Below, piece after piece: positions 20,472 to 30,299 of a stretch of 64,000 nt of DNA; the stretch's first letter is position 1; each line of letters opens with the position of its first letter. Both the position numbers and the translations under genes were made by a program. The notes under the pieces are model-generated. The model saw only the letters and a program-made list of their open reading frames with translations. It had not been told where the DNA came from and did not search any database. Source of the DNA: a bacterium. Lineage in GTDB: Bacteria > UBA8248 > JACPRG01 > G963555815. The stretch is from positions 2,080,001 through 2,144,000 of the forward strand of contig OZ244653.1 of the NCBI GenBank assembly GCA_965218795.1, read 5' to 3'.

Positions 20472-20522
20472 CGCGGAGGAACCCGCTCGCCCTGGTCAAC
20501 AAGATAAGGTCAAAGCGCGCCT

Positions 20523-21956
20523 ATGCCATATGAAGACCTGAGACATTTCATCGAGGACCTGGAGGAGCATAACCTCTTCCGGTGGGTCGACGCCGAAGTC
20601 GAGAAAGATTGGGAGATCAGCGCGGTCACCCGGACGTATTTCCGCCGCGTCCCCAAGGAGGTTCGCGGCGCCCTGGGCTATCGCAATATCAAGGGGTACC
20701 CGGGACAGCGACTGGTGGTCGGTACCGTCGGCGGAGGGATCAGGGTCTACAACAAGGCTCTCGGCATCGAGGGCGGATTCGACGCGGTCAACGAAAAATG
20801 GCGGGAGGCGCTGACCAACCCCATACCGGGCAAGAGGACGAACGGAAAGGCTCCGTGCCAGGAAGTCGTTCTAAGCGGTGAGGAAGCCGATCTCAACCGG
20901 TTCCCCATTCCGACCTGGACGCCGGAAAAGGATCCCGGCCCCTTCCTGACCTCCGCCTGCCTCGTCACCAAGGAGCGGGATACCGGGGTCCTGAACGTCG
21001 GGGTGTACCGCATGGAGGTCAAAGGGCCGCGCAAGACCGGCGTTCTTTGGGACCTACCGAGCCAGCACGGGGCCGTCCACTTCACAAAATACGAGGAAGC
21101 GGGCGAACCCATGCCCATGGCGGTCGTCCTCGGGGTGGAACCCACCATCCTGATGGGCGCGGTGGCCAAGGCCCCCATGGGCTATGACGAGTTCGCCGTA
21201 GCCGGCGGGCTGCGGGGCGCTCCGGTGGACCTGGTCAAATGCAAGACGATCGACCTGGACGTCCCGGCCCGGGCGGAGATTGTTCTCGAAGGCCATGTGC
21301 CCCCCAACATTCGGGAGCGGGAGGGACCTTTCGGCGAGTACACTGGGTACATGGGCGGGCCGTACGAGATGGTCGTTTTCGAGATCGACTGCATCACGCA
21401 CCGCGCGGATGCGCTCAACCAAGCGTTCTTCAGCCAGATGCCGCCGAGCGAATCGAGCCTGATCCGCGCCATCCCCGAGGAGGCTCATATCTATAAGCAC
21501 CTGGCTCAGGATCTGCGCATTCCGGGCATCGTGGACGTCCACCTGCCCGAAGCCGGCGGGAGTTATTCAATCTGCTGGGTCCAAATGAAACAGTCCTATC
21601 CGGGTCAGGCGCAGCAGGTGCTCTCGGCCGCATGGACGCATCATCCCGCCTTTGCCAAGTGGATCGTCGTCACCGATGAGGACGTGGATATCCGGGATCC
21701 TTTTCAGCGGGAATGGGCGCTGGCCTGGCGGGTCCAGCCGCATCGGGACATGTTCACGATTCCGAACACGGCCCCGGTCCTGTTGGATCCGTCCGCGGGC
21801 CATCACGGGGAAGACCTGTGGGAGAGACGAAGCTCGAAGATGCTGATAGACGCCACGAAGCCGTGGCTTGATTTCCCGGACGTCTCTCTCCCGCCCCGGA
21901 AGTTCCTGGACCGGGCGGCCGACCAGTGGGACAAGTACGGTTTGACCGACGGATAA
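20523..21956 (+). CDS. UbiD family decarboxylase
   Basis: YEDLRHFI, LNVGVYR, EGPFGEYTGY, PPSES, KWIVVTDEDVD, LDPS, KMLIDATKP. Confidence 0.94.
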   Translation: MPYEDLRHFIEDLEEHNLFRWVDAEVEKDWEISAVTRTYFRRVPKEVRGALGYRNIKGYPGQRLVVGTVGGGIRVYNKALGIEGGFDAVNEKWREALTNPIPGKRTNGKAPCQEVVLSGEEADLNRFPIPTWTPEKDPGPFLTSACLVTKERDTGVLNVGVYRMEVKGPRKTGVLWDLPSQHGAVHFTKYEEAGEPMPMAVVLGVEPTILMGAVAKAPMGYDEFAVAGGLRGAPVDLVKCKTIDLDVPARAEIVLEGHVPPNIREREGPFGEYTGYMGGPYEMVVFEIDCITHRADALNQAFFSQMPPSESSLIRAIPEEAHIYKHLAQDLRIPGIVDVHLPEAGGSYSICWVQMKQSYPGQAQQVLSAAWTHHPAFAKWIVVTDEDVDIRDPFQREWALAWRVQPHRDMFTIPNTAPVLLDPSAGHHGEDLWERRSSKMLIDATKPWLDFPDVSLPPRKFLDRAADQWDKYGLTDG

Positions 21957-21976
21957 TGCCGAATGGGAGGAACTCC

Positions 21977-22975
21977 ATGATTTCCGAATCCACACTCATC
22001 AAAGGCGGGCTGCTCATCGTCGAGAAGTGCATGCACGTGGAGGAAGGGGAGAAGGTGGTCATCCTGTACGACGAAGATCACGACCGCCATGCCAAGGTGC
22101 TCTCAGGCCTCTGTTTTGCGCGGGGCGCGTTCCCTGCCATGATCGACATGACCCCCTACGTGACGGCCGGCCAAGCGGACACCGGCTATCCCATGGCTCC
22201 GCCCGATCACATTGCAAAGGCTATCGTCGACGCCAACGTGACGATCATCTACACCAACCTGGAATGGGCCAACCGGTTCGCCCACGTTCCGTGCGTCAAG
22301 GAGACGGTGGACGCGAACCACCGCATCGCCTCCATCGAAGAGGGGATGGACTGCTGGGTTCTTTCCGACGAGGATATCTTGACCGTCTCCAAGCGGTGCA
22401 GCGACCTGGGCGAACTGGCCAAAGGCGCGAAAGCCATCCGGGTGACCTCTCCCGCGGGCACCGACCTCTACGTCTCCATTGAAAACCGGCCGGCCCTGGT
22501 CCTCCCCCCGGTCAAGCAGAACGGGATCATGATGTCTCCCATCCCACTCTGGACCGAGGTGGCCTGGGCCTGTGTGGAGGACAAGACCGAGGGACGCGTC
22601 GTTGTGGACGGCATTCAATTGGGCATCGGCATGCCGGGCACTTTACCGAATTCGATCGAATGGATCGTCAAGGACGGAAAAGCGGTCGAGATCAACGGGG
22701 GTGCGGAAGCAAAGGCCCTCGAGAAGACCATATCGGGGGTGGAGAACGTCGAGATCATCGGCGAAGTAGGGGTCGGGATCAGCGACAAACCACCCTCCGG
22801 CGGACCTTCCGAAAAGGGAAAACTGGGGACGGCGCACTTTGCCCTCGGCGACAACTGCCACGCGTATCCCGGCGGCCAGAACGACTGCAGGCTTCATCTG
22901 GACGGGTCTGTCCGCAACTGCACCTTCATGGTCGATGACACCGTCGTCGTCGAAAATGGGGAATGGAAGCTGTAG
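21977..22975 (+). CDS. Peptidase M29 / NicX-fold metalloenzyme
   Basis: GEKVVILYD, IRVTSPAGTDL, TEVAW, GRVVVDG, GEVGVG, HFALGDN, HLDG. Confidence 0.78.
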   Translation: MISESTLIKGGLLIVEKCMHVEEGEKVVILYDEDHDRHAKVLSGLCFARGAFPAMIDMTPYVTAGQADTGYPMAPPDHIAKAIVDANVTIIYTNLEWANRFAHVPCVKETVDANHRIASIEEGMDCWVLSDEDILTVSKRCSDLGELAKGAKAIRVTSPAGTDLYVSIENRPALVLPPVKQNGIMMSPIPLWTEVAWACVEDKTEGRVVVDGIQLGIGMPGTLPNSIEWIVKDGKAVEINGGAEAKALEKTISGVENVEIIGEVGVGISDKPPSGGPSEKGKLGTAHFALGDNCHAYPGGQNDCRLHLDGSVRNCTFMVDDTVVVENGEWKL

Positions 22976-23029
22976 GATGGAGCCCTCGGAGCCGGACGGT
23001 TTCGCGAGTCTTGAGGGCGGAAAGAGTTC

Positions 23030-23923
23030 ATGAAACCTTTTGAATATCATTCGCCGGATACCGTTGAGGAGGCCGTTGGGCTGCTGCGCAACTACGGCGA
23101 GGACGCGAAGCTTTATGCCGGCGGGACCTCCCTGCTCTTTCTCATGAAGGAGGGGTTCTTCTCCCCCGAGCAGGTCATCAACCTGAAGCGGATCGGCGGG
23201 CTGAACGCCATTGAGGCGGAAACCGTGGACGGGGTGGAGCGGATTCGGGTCGGAGCGATGGCGACCCACCGCTCGCTGGAGTTCTCCGAACTGCTCAAGG
23301 AAAAAATCCCGATCATTCCGCACATGGAGTCGGACTTGGCGAATGTCCGGGTGCGCAACGTCGGCACCCTCGGCGGTAGCCTGGCCTTCGCCGAACCCCA
23401 GTCCGATCCCCCTTCCCTCCTCATAGCCCTGGGCGCGCAGGCGCGGGTCACCGGCCCCGACGGGGAACGGACGCTCGACGTGGATTCCCTCTACGTCGGC
23501 TATTACGAAACAGTCCTCAAACCGGAAGAAATGATGACCCAGGTGTCGATCCCGGTTCCGGCCCCGGAATTGGGCTGCTCTTACCAGAAATTCTGCCAGC
23601 GTACGGCCACGGACAAGCCGACGGTCTGCGCGGCGGTTTGTCTCAGCATTCAGGACGGGACGGTGGAGGACGTACGGATTGTTTTGGGCGCTGTGGGACC
23701 GACCCCCATCCGCGCCAAGGCGACCGAATCCCTGGTCCGAGGGAACCGACTGCGGAACGGGGCATTCCCGGAAGAGCTTCTGGAGGAGGCGGCCCGACAG
23801 GCGGCCGAGGAGATCGATCCCCAAAGCGATGTGTACGGGTCCGGCTGGTACAAGCGGGACGTCGCGCAGGTCCTGCTGAAGCGCGGCCTGGTCGAGGCCC
23901 TGGCCGAAGCCGTCCGGACCTGA
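23030..23923 (+). CDS. Xanthine dehydrogenase family FAD-binding subunit
   Basis: MKPFEYHSP, AGGTSL, RNVGTLGGSL..P.SD, C-terminal DVYGSGWYKR. Confidence 0.93.
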   Translation: MKPFEYHSPDTVEEAVGLLRNYGEDAKLYAGGTSLLFLMKEGFFSPEQVINLKRIGGLNAIEAETVDGVERIRVGAMATHRSLEFSELLKEKIPIIPHMESDLANVRVRNVGTLGGSLAFAEPQSDPPSLLIALGAQARVTGPDGERTLDVDSLYVGYYETVLKPEEMMTQVSIPVPAPELGCSYQKFCQRTATDKPTVCAAVCLSIQDGTVEDVRIVLGAVGPTPIRAKATESLVRGNRLRNGAFPEELLEEAARQAAEEIDPQSDVYGSGWYKRDVAQVLLKRGLVEALAEAVRT

Positions 23924-24519
23924 TGGAGACATCATCCATGAAACCCGAAAAACGTATCCTCCGCCTGACGGTGAACGGCTCAAGGGTCGAGGTGGCGGCC
24001 GAGCCCCGGAGGCTCTTGCTGGACCTTCTCCGCGACGACCTCGGTCTGACGGGGCTGAAGAAGGCCTGTGACATTCAGGTGTGCGGTTCGTGCACGGTTC
24101 TGGTGAACGGCGCGGCGGTCAGCGCCTGCACGTCTCTGGCCTTCGACGCCGAAGGTGCGGAGGTCGTCACCATCGAGGGTCTCTCCGAGAACGGGCGGCT
24201 GGACATCCTGCAGCGGGCCTTCATTCAATACGGAGCCATTCAGTGCGGGTACTGCATCCCGGGCATGATCATGATGGCCCGGTCACTGCTCAACGAGAAT
24301 CCGAGCCCGAGCGAGGACGAAATCCGGCTCTACATGTCCGGGAACCTATGCCGGTGCACGGGCTACAAAAAGATTGTCGAGGCCATCCGGGCCGCGGCTG
24401 GGGGAGACGTGACGTTTGAAACGCCGGTCCTGGACTTCTCTCCCTCCGCGGAGGATGAAGAGGAAGAAGCCCTCTCGCTGGGAACGTTTCGCGTCAGTGA
24501 ATCATCGGCCGGTCCTTGA
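23923..24519 (+). CDS. Xanthine dehydrogenase family [2Fe-2S] subunit
   Basis: CDIQVCGSC..C and QCGYC..GNLCRCTGY; TGATG coupling. Confidence 0.94.
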   Translation: METSSMKPEKRILRLTVNGSRVEVAAEPRRLLLDLLRDDLGLTGLKKACDIQVCGSCTVLVNGAAVSACTSLAFDAEGAEVVTIEGLSENGRLDILQRAFIQYGAIQCGYCIPGMIMMARSLLNENPSPSEDEIRLYMSGNLCRCTGYKKIVEAIRAAAGGDVTFETPVLDFSPSAEDEEEEALSLGTFRVSESSAGP

Positions 24520-24549
24520 GAGAACCGAAGCGCTCATGAGGTGAGAACC

Positions 24550-26847
24550 ATGGCGGACGCCCTCCACGTCGTGGGCAAGCGGCTTCCCAAGCTGGACGCC
24601 CTGCCCAAGGCCACCGGAGAAATCGAATATCTCGCAGACCTGAAATTCCCGGGCATGCTCCAGGGCGCGATCTTGAGAAGTCCCCACCCTCACGCGCGAA
24701 TCGTGAGCATCGATACCAATGCGGCGGAACGTCTGCCCGGCGTGCGCTCGGTGATCACCTCCCAAGACACGCCCGAGAAGAAATTCTCGTTCGTGGAATA
24801 CCTGGCCGACAAGTTGATCATGGCCAAGGACAAAGTCCGCTATATCGGCGACGAGGTGGCGGGGGTCGCCGCCGTCGACGAGGAGACGGCCCAGGAGGCC
24901 GCGCGCCTCATCCGGGTCGAATACGAGGAGCTTCCGGCCGTCTACGAGGTTGACGACGCGATGAAACCGGACGCGCCCCTCATTCATGAGGACAAGGGCT
25001 CCAACGTCGCGTTCGAGATCCACCGAAAGTTCGGCGATCCCGACCGGGGCTTTGCCGAGTCCGACGAAGTCTTCGAAGACCGGTTCGAGACGCAGCGCGT
25101 GGCCCATGCCCCAATGGAGACCCGCGGCTGCGTGGCCCGGTTCGATCGGTCCGGACGATTGACGGTCTGGGCCCCGAGTCAGGCTCCCCATACCCAGAGA
25201 AACGAAATCGCAAAATCCCTCCGCATCGCGCCGGCGCGTGTGCGGCTCTGCAAGCTCCCGACCGGCGGGGCCTTCGGGAACCGGCTGGTCATGGACATGG
25301 CGTGTCCGATCGCCGCCATCCTATCCGCCAAGACGGGCCAGGCCGTCAAGATCGTCAACACCCGCCAGGAAGAGTTCGAGACGAGCAAGACCCGCTATCG
25401 CTATCTCATCGATATGAAGACGGGGGTGAAGAAGGACGGCCGGATTCACGCGCGGGCGGCCCGGGTGATCGCCGACAACGGCGCCTATAACGACAAAGCC
25501 CCCGCCACCTTGAGCTTCTCTGGATCGATGTTCTGCCTGATCTACGACGTCGAGCACCTCCAGTATGACGGTTACGCCGTCTACACCAACCGGCAGTACG
25601 GAACGGGTTTTCGAGGCTTCGGCAACCCGCAGGTGACCTTCGCCCACGAGCATCAGGTGGACCTCGTCGCCCGGCGCCTCGGCATGGACCCGTTGGAGTT
25701 CCGTCGGAAGAACGCGAATCAGCCCGGCAAAACCCGGGCCGTCGGAGCCAACATGAAGGTCATGGACATGACGGAATGCCTGGATCGGGCGGCCACCGCC
25801 ATCGGGTGGGAGGAAAAACGCAAGGCGTATGAGCAGCGCGATCCGAGGAAACCCTGGCGGGGGATCGGCATCGCCACGATGGTCCATACCGCGGGCGGGA
25901 ACCGGTTCTACGGGTACAACGCGGCCTCCTCCGTGGTGAAGGTGTCCGAAGACGGGCTGGTGACGCTGGTGACCCCGGCCTGCGACGTGGGCCAGGGCGC
26001 GCAAACCATCGTCGCGCAGATCTGCGCGGAGGAACTCGGCGTCACCCTGGATGACGTGGTGGTGATCTCGGACGATACGGACCTTACGCCCTATGACCTG
26101 GGTTCGTGGGGGAGCCGGGTGACCTGGGTCGTCGGCCAGGCCGCTCAGGTGGCCGCGCGGAACGCCCGGCAGCAGATCTTCGAGGCCGTAGCGGCCGAGC
26201 TCGAGGTCTCCCCGGACGATCTGGTGTCGGAGGAAGGGTGGATCGGTGTGCGTGGCGCTCCGGACAAGGGGATGTCCTTCCCCTCGGCCGTCGACCTCAG
26301 TTTCAAGAAACGGGGGCGGCCCATTCAAGCGGAGGGAAAATTCGTGGACGAAGTCGCCCCCGAGTCCATGGACTGGGACACCCAGAGCCCCAACTTCGCA
26401 TCGGCGGCCCACGCGGTCGAGGTGGAAGTCGATCCGGACACGGGCAAAGTCCGCGTTCTCGATTTCAAGGCCGCTCACGGAATCGGTCTCGCCATCAATC
26501 CCATGGCCGCCGAGGGACAGATCGAGGGAAGCGTCTCGCAGGGCGTAGGTTTCGGCCTGATGGAAGAACTGATCATGGACGGGGGCAAGGCCATCAATCC
26601 GAATTTTGCCGACTACAAAATCCCGAGCTTCCTGGACCTGCCCCGGGTGGATGCCATCCTTGTGGAAAACGCGGACCCCGATGGCCCCTTCGGCGCCGCG
26701 GGCATTGGCGAACCAGGGCTGGTCCCGACTGCGGCGGCGGTCGCCAATGCCGTCGCCCACGCCACGGGCTGCCACTTCCGAACCCTCCCGGTTACGGCGG
26801 AAAAAATTCTAAAAGCGCTCAAAGAAAAGCGGGGAGAACCGGGCTGA
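24550..26847 (+). CDS. Xanthine dehydrogenase family Mo-binding large subunit (L1)
   Basis: RSPHPHA, HAPME, GGAFG, FRGFGNPQ, GQG, GQIEG, GIGE. Confidence 0.94.
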   Translation: MADALHVVGKRLPKLDALPKATGEIEYLADLKFPGMLQGAILRSPHPHARIVSIDTNAAERLPGVRSVITSQDTPEKKFSFVEYLADKLIMAKDKVRYIGDEVAGVAAVDEETAQEAARLIRVEYEELPAVYEVDDAMKPDAPLIHEDKGSNVAFEIHRKFGDPDRGFAESDEVFEDRFETQRVAHAPMETRGCVARFDRSGRLTVWAPSQAPHTQRNEIAKSLRIAPARVRLCKLPTGGAFGNRLVMDMACPIAAILSAKTGQAVKIVNTRQEEFETSKTRYRYLIDMKTGVKKDGRIHARAARVIADNGAYNDKAPATLSFSGSMFCLIYDVEHLQYDGYAVYTNRQYGTGFRGFGNPQVTFAHEHQVDLVARRLGMDPLEFRRKNANQPGKTRAVGANMKVMDMTECLDRAATAIGWEEKRKAYEQRDPRKPWRGIGIATMVHTAGGNRFYGYNAASSVVKVSEDGLVTLVTPACDVGQGAQTIVAQICAEELGVTLDDVVVISDDTDLTPYDLGSWGSRVTWVVGQAAQVAARNARQQIFEAVAAELEVSPDDLVSEEGWIGVRGAPDKGMSFPSAVDLSFKKRGRPIQAEGKFVDEVAPESMDWDTQSPNFASAAHAVEVEVDPDTGKVRVLDFKAAHGIGLAINPMAAEGQIEGSVSQGVGFGLMEELIMDGGKAINPNFADYKIPSFLDLPRVDAILVENADPDGPFGAAGIGEPGLVPTAAAVANAVAHATGCHFRTLPVTAEKILKALKEKRGEPG

Positions 26848-26938
26848 TTACCGGTCCCCGCCCGTCATAGACCGGAAACCGTCGATCGCCGGACCGGAGG
26901 ACCGGGTCCGGCTCCCCCAAGCCTCGGGAGATTGTTCC

Positions 26939-27946
26939 ATGGCAGACAAACTTGAATTCGGCGTCAACGTCAACACACGCGCCCCCATCATCTATCCGGA
27001 ACACTACAAACCCTCCGACATGTTCGATCTGGCCGAGGAGGCCGAAAACCTGGGCTTTGACGGCGTATGGTCAGCCGACAATTTCTTTGAGAAAGCACGC
27101 GTTGAGTCCACGATCACGCTCGGCGGGATCGCGGCGCGGACACAGAAGGTCAAGATCAGCACGTCGTCTTTCATTTTCACCACCCGGAACGTCGTTTGGA
27201 TGGCCCTCACCTGGGCGAGTCTGGATCAGGTCTCCAACGGGAGGATGATCATGACGGTCTGCGTGGGCGGAGGCAGCCCCGAGGCCGGGGGGATACGTCC
27301 CAACGCGCAATACCATTACCTCGGAATCCCCTTCAACAAGCGCGGCGCATACATGGAAGAGCAGATCAAGCTGATCCGCCGTATCTGGCTGGAAAAAGAG
27401 GTGACCAACGAGAGCGATCTGCCTCTTCATACGATGGAAGGGATTCAGGTGGACGTCCGGCCCATTCAAAAACCGATACCCATCTGGATCTCCAACAACC
27501 CGCAAATCTTCAACGTCAAGGGCAAGCTCCTGGAGCGGATGATGCGGCGGGTCGGAGAGCTGGCGGACGGATGGCAGACCTGCACCGCCACCCGGCGGGA
27601 GTACAAAGAGCTTTTCGATATGGTGAAGGGCTACGCCAAGGCCGCGGGCCGGGACCCCAATGAACTCACGGGGGGGTATCATTTGACATGCGGCGTTCGT
27701 GAGGATCCGGTGCAGGCCCGGCAGGAGGCCCTCGAGTTTCTCAACAAGTACTACGTCACGGAATTCACCGACCTCTCGCAATCCATGTGGAACCGTGACG
27801 CCTTCGGAACGCCCGATGACGTGATCCGGAAGATCGAGGATCTGGCCGAGGCCGGCTGCACGAATTTCTGCGCCCGATTTGCCACCACGGACCAGTTCGG
27901 CCAGTTGCGCATGTTCGCGGAGAAGGTCCTCCCCCGGTACAAGTGA
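26939..27946 (+). CDS. LLM-class flavin-dependent oxidoreductase
   Basis: AEEAENLGFDGVW, LDQVSNGR, RPIQKPIPIWI, ADGW, GTPDDV. Confidence 0.9.
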   Translation: MADKLEFGVNVNTRAPIIYPEHYKPSDMFDLAEEAENLGFDGVWSADNFFEKARVESTITLGGIAARTQKVKISTSSFIFTTRNVVWMALTWASLDQVSNGRMIMTVCVGGGSPEAGGIRPNAQYHYLGIPFNKRGAYMEEQIKLIRRIWLEKEVTNESDLPLHTMEGIQVDVRPIQKPIPIWISNNPQIFNVKGKLLERMMRRVGELADGWQTCTATRREYKELFDMVKGYAKAAGRDPNELTGGYHLTCGVREDPVQARQEALEFLNKYYVTEFTDLSQSMWNRDAFGTPDDVIRKIEDLAEAGCTNFCARFATTDQFGQLRMFAEKVLPRYK

Positions 27947-28082
27947 TTCTCTGGATTGAACGGCGGAACGCCGGGTCTTCACCCAATTCAATGAAATGGG
28001 TGAATCGAAGGCAGGCCCGTCCGGGGAATCGCCTGCGGCTTATCTCATCCATCCTTCAACCCCCCATTGGGAGGATCGGCCA

Positions 28083-28472
28083 ATGGACAAACAAGTCATT
28101 GTGACCGACAAGGCGGCGCCCCCCGTGGGGCCTTACTCGCTGGGCATCAAAACAGGCAATTTGCTGTTCATATCCGGCTCGGTCGGTTGGGATAAGGATG
28201 AGAAGAACGTCGGGGTTGGGGACGTCAAGGCTCAGACCCGGCAGGCCTTTGAGAACATCCGATCCGTCGTCGAGGCCGCGGGCGGCACGATGGAGAACAT
28301 CGTCAAGGTCACGGTCTACCTGACCGATGCCGATGACTACCCCGCAATGAACGAAGTGCGGGCGGAGGTGTTCCCGAAAGATCCGCCGACGAGTACGGCC
28401 TTTGTCGTCAAGCGTCTGATTCCACCCGATTGCTGCGTGGAGATCGAGGCTGTCGCCGCAATTCAGGAGTAG
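28083..28472 (+). CDS. RidA family enamine/imine deaminase
   Basis: PVGPYS, LFISG, QTRQAFENI, VKVTVYL, VEIEAVA; reads PTST where active RidA has PARS. Confidence 0.88.
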   Translation: MDKQVIVTDKAAPPVGPYSLGIKTGNLLFISGSVGWDKDEKNVGVGDVKAQTRQAFENIRSVVEAAGGTMENIVKVTVYLTDADDYPAMNEVRAEVFPKDPPTSTAFVVKRLIPPDCCVEIEAVAAIQE

Positions 28473-28612
28473 CGTACGCCACCTGAAAGAGCGCTTCCGG
28501 CGCTACCTTCGCCTTGAACTCCCCCGTGAATCGACGTCATGTCGTCATTGCGTATCCCTCCCTCCCTCCGTGGAATACACCTTAGCAGCCTGTCCTATTT
28601 GCTGGGACCACC

Positions 28613-28929
28613 TCAGTCGGCCACCGTGACGAGATTCTTATCGATATAGAATGCAGGCAGATAGACCCGATGGCCCGGCTTTTCGGTTTCAGGTCCGTTG
28701 TCCCTTCCCATCGTAAAGGGCCCGCCCGGGATGAGGACCATCCCCTCGAAGGGTCCCGCCCCCTCGGCGGTGACAGGACCGAACTCGGGATGAGGACCAT
28801 CCCCTCGAAGGGTCCCGCCCCCTCGGCGGTGACAGGACCGAACTCCAGCACGGGAAAGAGGCCGCTCAACCGGATGAAGATGACCAACAGCGAAAGACAT
28901 CCTACCTTGATCGCAATGGCACGTTTCAT
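28613..28929 (-). pseudogene. Truncated SUMF1/FGE-sulfatase-domain gene
   Basis: Signal peptide then MVLIPGGPFTMG..EKPGHRVYLPAFYIDKNLVT, stop immediately after; frameshifted by 59-bp duplication. Confidence 0.8.
28728..28845. repeat. Perfect 59-bp tandem duplication
   Basis: GGGATGAGGACCATCCCC...GGACCGAACTC at 28728-28786 and 28787-28845. Confidence 0.95.
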
Positions 28930-29252
28930 TTCAGTCACCCGTTCTCCCCGTCGCCGCCCGAGCAGGCACATTGCATCGAGCCCGCGCCCCATCCGCGTCG
29001 AATCCCGACTCATCAGGTGGACCATCTTAGGCCCTTTACGCGAACCCATTCAATTCTTCCCTTTGGTGAAACACGTTTGGACCCTAAGAGATTTCCATTG
29101 GACCGGAATTTTGGGATACTCAATCGAACCGACATGGGCGGCAGGATCAGGAAGCGTCCGAAGGCGAGGGAGACCTATCCGAACCTTTTCATGCCAAGGC
29201 TGTTTCCGCAGTGGGAAAAAACCGGAAGACTGAAATTTCTTTCGCGGCCGCC

Positions 29253-30299
29253 CTAGACGTCCAGGAATTCGATGGGCCGGCCTACGCCCTTCTCAACCGC
29301 CAGTTCATAGGCCCACTTCCCCATCGCGACGTCCATGACGCCCGTTCCCTGCGTGGCGCAGAGGGTGATCTCCTCCTCACGCTCCCGCCCCTGGACCTTC
29401 CCCGCCACGACGTCGGAAAGTTCGTAGGCCTCATCCCCCTTGAGCTCCCCGGCGGCCACCATCTTGCCGTAAGGCTGCATCGGCGGAGTATCGAACAGTA
29501 TCTGCTGGTTCCAAACCGTGAAAACCTTCGACCTGCGGACTGTCGTCTCGTCGATCTCGCCCCGGGCGATTTGAGTGATGTGCGTACCCGGCTCCACCCC
29601 GTTCCCGTCGAACACCGGCCTGCCCGCGTTCGTGCAAGTAACGATGATGTCGCACCCTGTCACGGCGTCCTGCGGGTCCTCTACGGTGACGATTCGGGCG
29701 GACGTTTCAGCTTTCAGCCTCTCGGCCAGCGCGTCGCGGCGCTCCGGCGTCCGGCTGCACAACCGGACCTCCTCAATCCGCCGCTCGTTCAGGACCCCTT
29801 TGATTTGGGAGCCGGCCAGCCTTCCGGCCCCGAAGAACCCCAGGACGCGGGAATCCTCGCTGGACAGATGGCGGACGGACAGCGCCGTGGGCGCTGCAAC
29901 GCGCGCGTTCATCAGGAACACGTGGCTCATGATGGCCAGAAGCTTCATGCTGTCATGAAAGTCATACAACACGAGTAACTCGGTCCCGACCTGGAAATCC
30001 AGAACGGCCGTCTTCCGAGACGCGTCCAGCACCTGCCCCCCGTGATGGTCCGGGTAGAACCGGAACCCTGCCGCCCCCAAACCGGGAACGATGGACGGCA
30101 TGATGCGAATGTCACAACCGTGCTCGTAGCCTTCGCCTTCCGGGTAGTCCACATGAACCCGAGGGTACATGCGGAGATCCCTGCTTGCCTGCTCGATGAA
30201 AGCCTTGCGCACCCATTCGGTGGCCCCGGCGACCACCTCCTCCTCAGTCATCCCCTCAAACAGCTTCAACATGTCACTCTCGGTCAGGATGAGGGTCAT
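29253..30299 (-). CDS. Ornithine cyclodeaminase / mu-crystallin family protein
   Basis: LILTESD, ARVAAP, GFFGAGRLA, DIIVTCT, GTHI, ELSDVVAG..GRE..EITL..G.G..D. Confidence 0.88.
   Translation of the reverse strand: MTLILTESDMLKLFEGMTEEEVVAGATEWVRKAFIEQASRDLRMYPRVHVDYPEGEGYEHGCDIRIMPSIVPGLGAAGFRFYPDHHGGQVLDASRKTAVLDFQVGTELLVLYDFHDSMKLLAIMSHVFLMNARVAAPTALSVRHLSSEDSRVLGFFGAGRLAGSQIKGVLNERRIEEVRLCSRTPERRDALAERLKAETSARIVTVEDPQDAVTGCDIIVTCTNAGRPVFDGNGVEPGTHITQIARGEIDETTVRRSKVFTVWNQQILFDTPPMQPYGKMVAAGELKGDEAYELSDVVAGKVQGREREEEITLCATQGTGVMDVAMGKWAYELAVEKGVGRPIEFLDV

Noticed and set aside
23030-23923. 4-hydroxybenzoyl-CoA reductase beta subunit
   Set aside because: 297 aa with no Cys-rich [4Fe-4S] insertion after the TLGG motif
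25321-26775. Long antisense ORFs (also 3154-4248, 22643-23983, 48247-49575, 57571-58992)
   Set aside because: Shadow frames of GC-rich genes with strong codon bias; no motifs
23030-26847. Aerobic CO dehydrogenase (coxMSL)
   Set aside because: No AYxCSFR or AYxGAGR active-site loop; L1 has TGFRGFG
28728-28845. CRISPR or minisatellite
   Set aside because: Only two abutting copies with no spacer
28990-29020. Hammerhead-like CTGATGAGTCG..CGAC on minus strand
   Set aside because: Lacks the required GAAA after stem II
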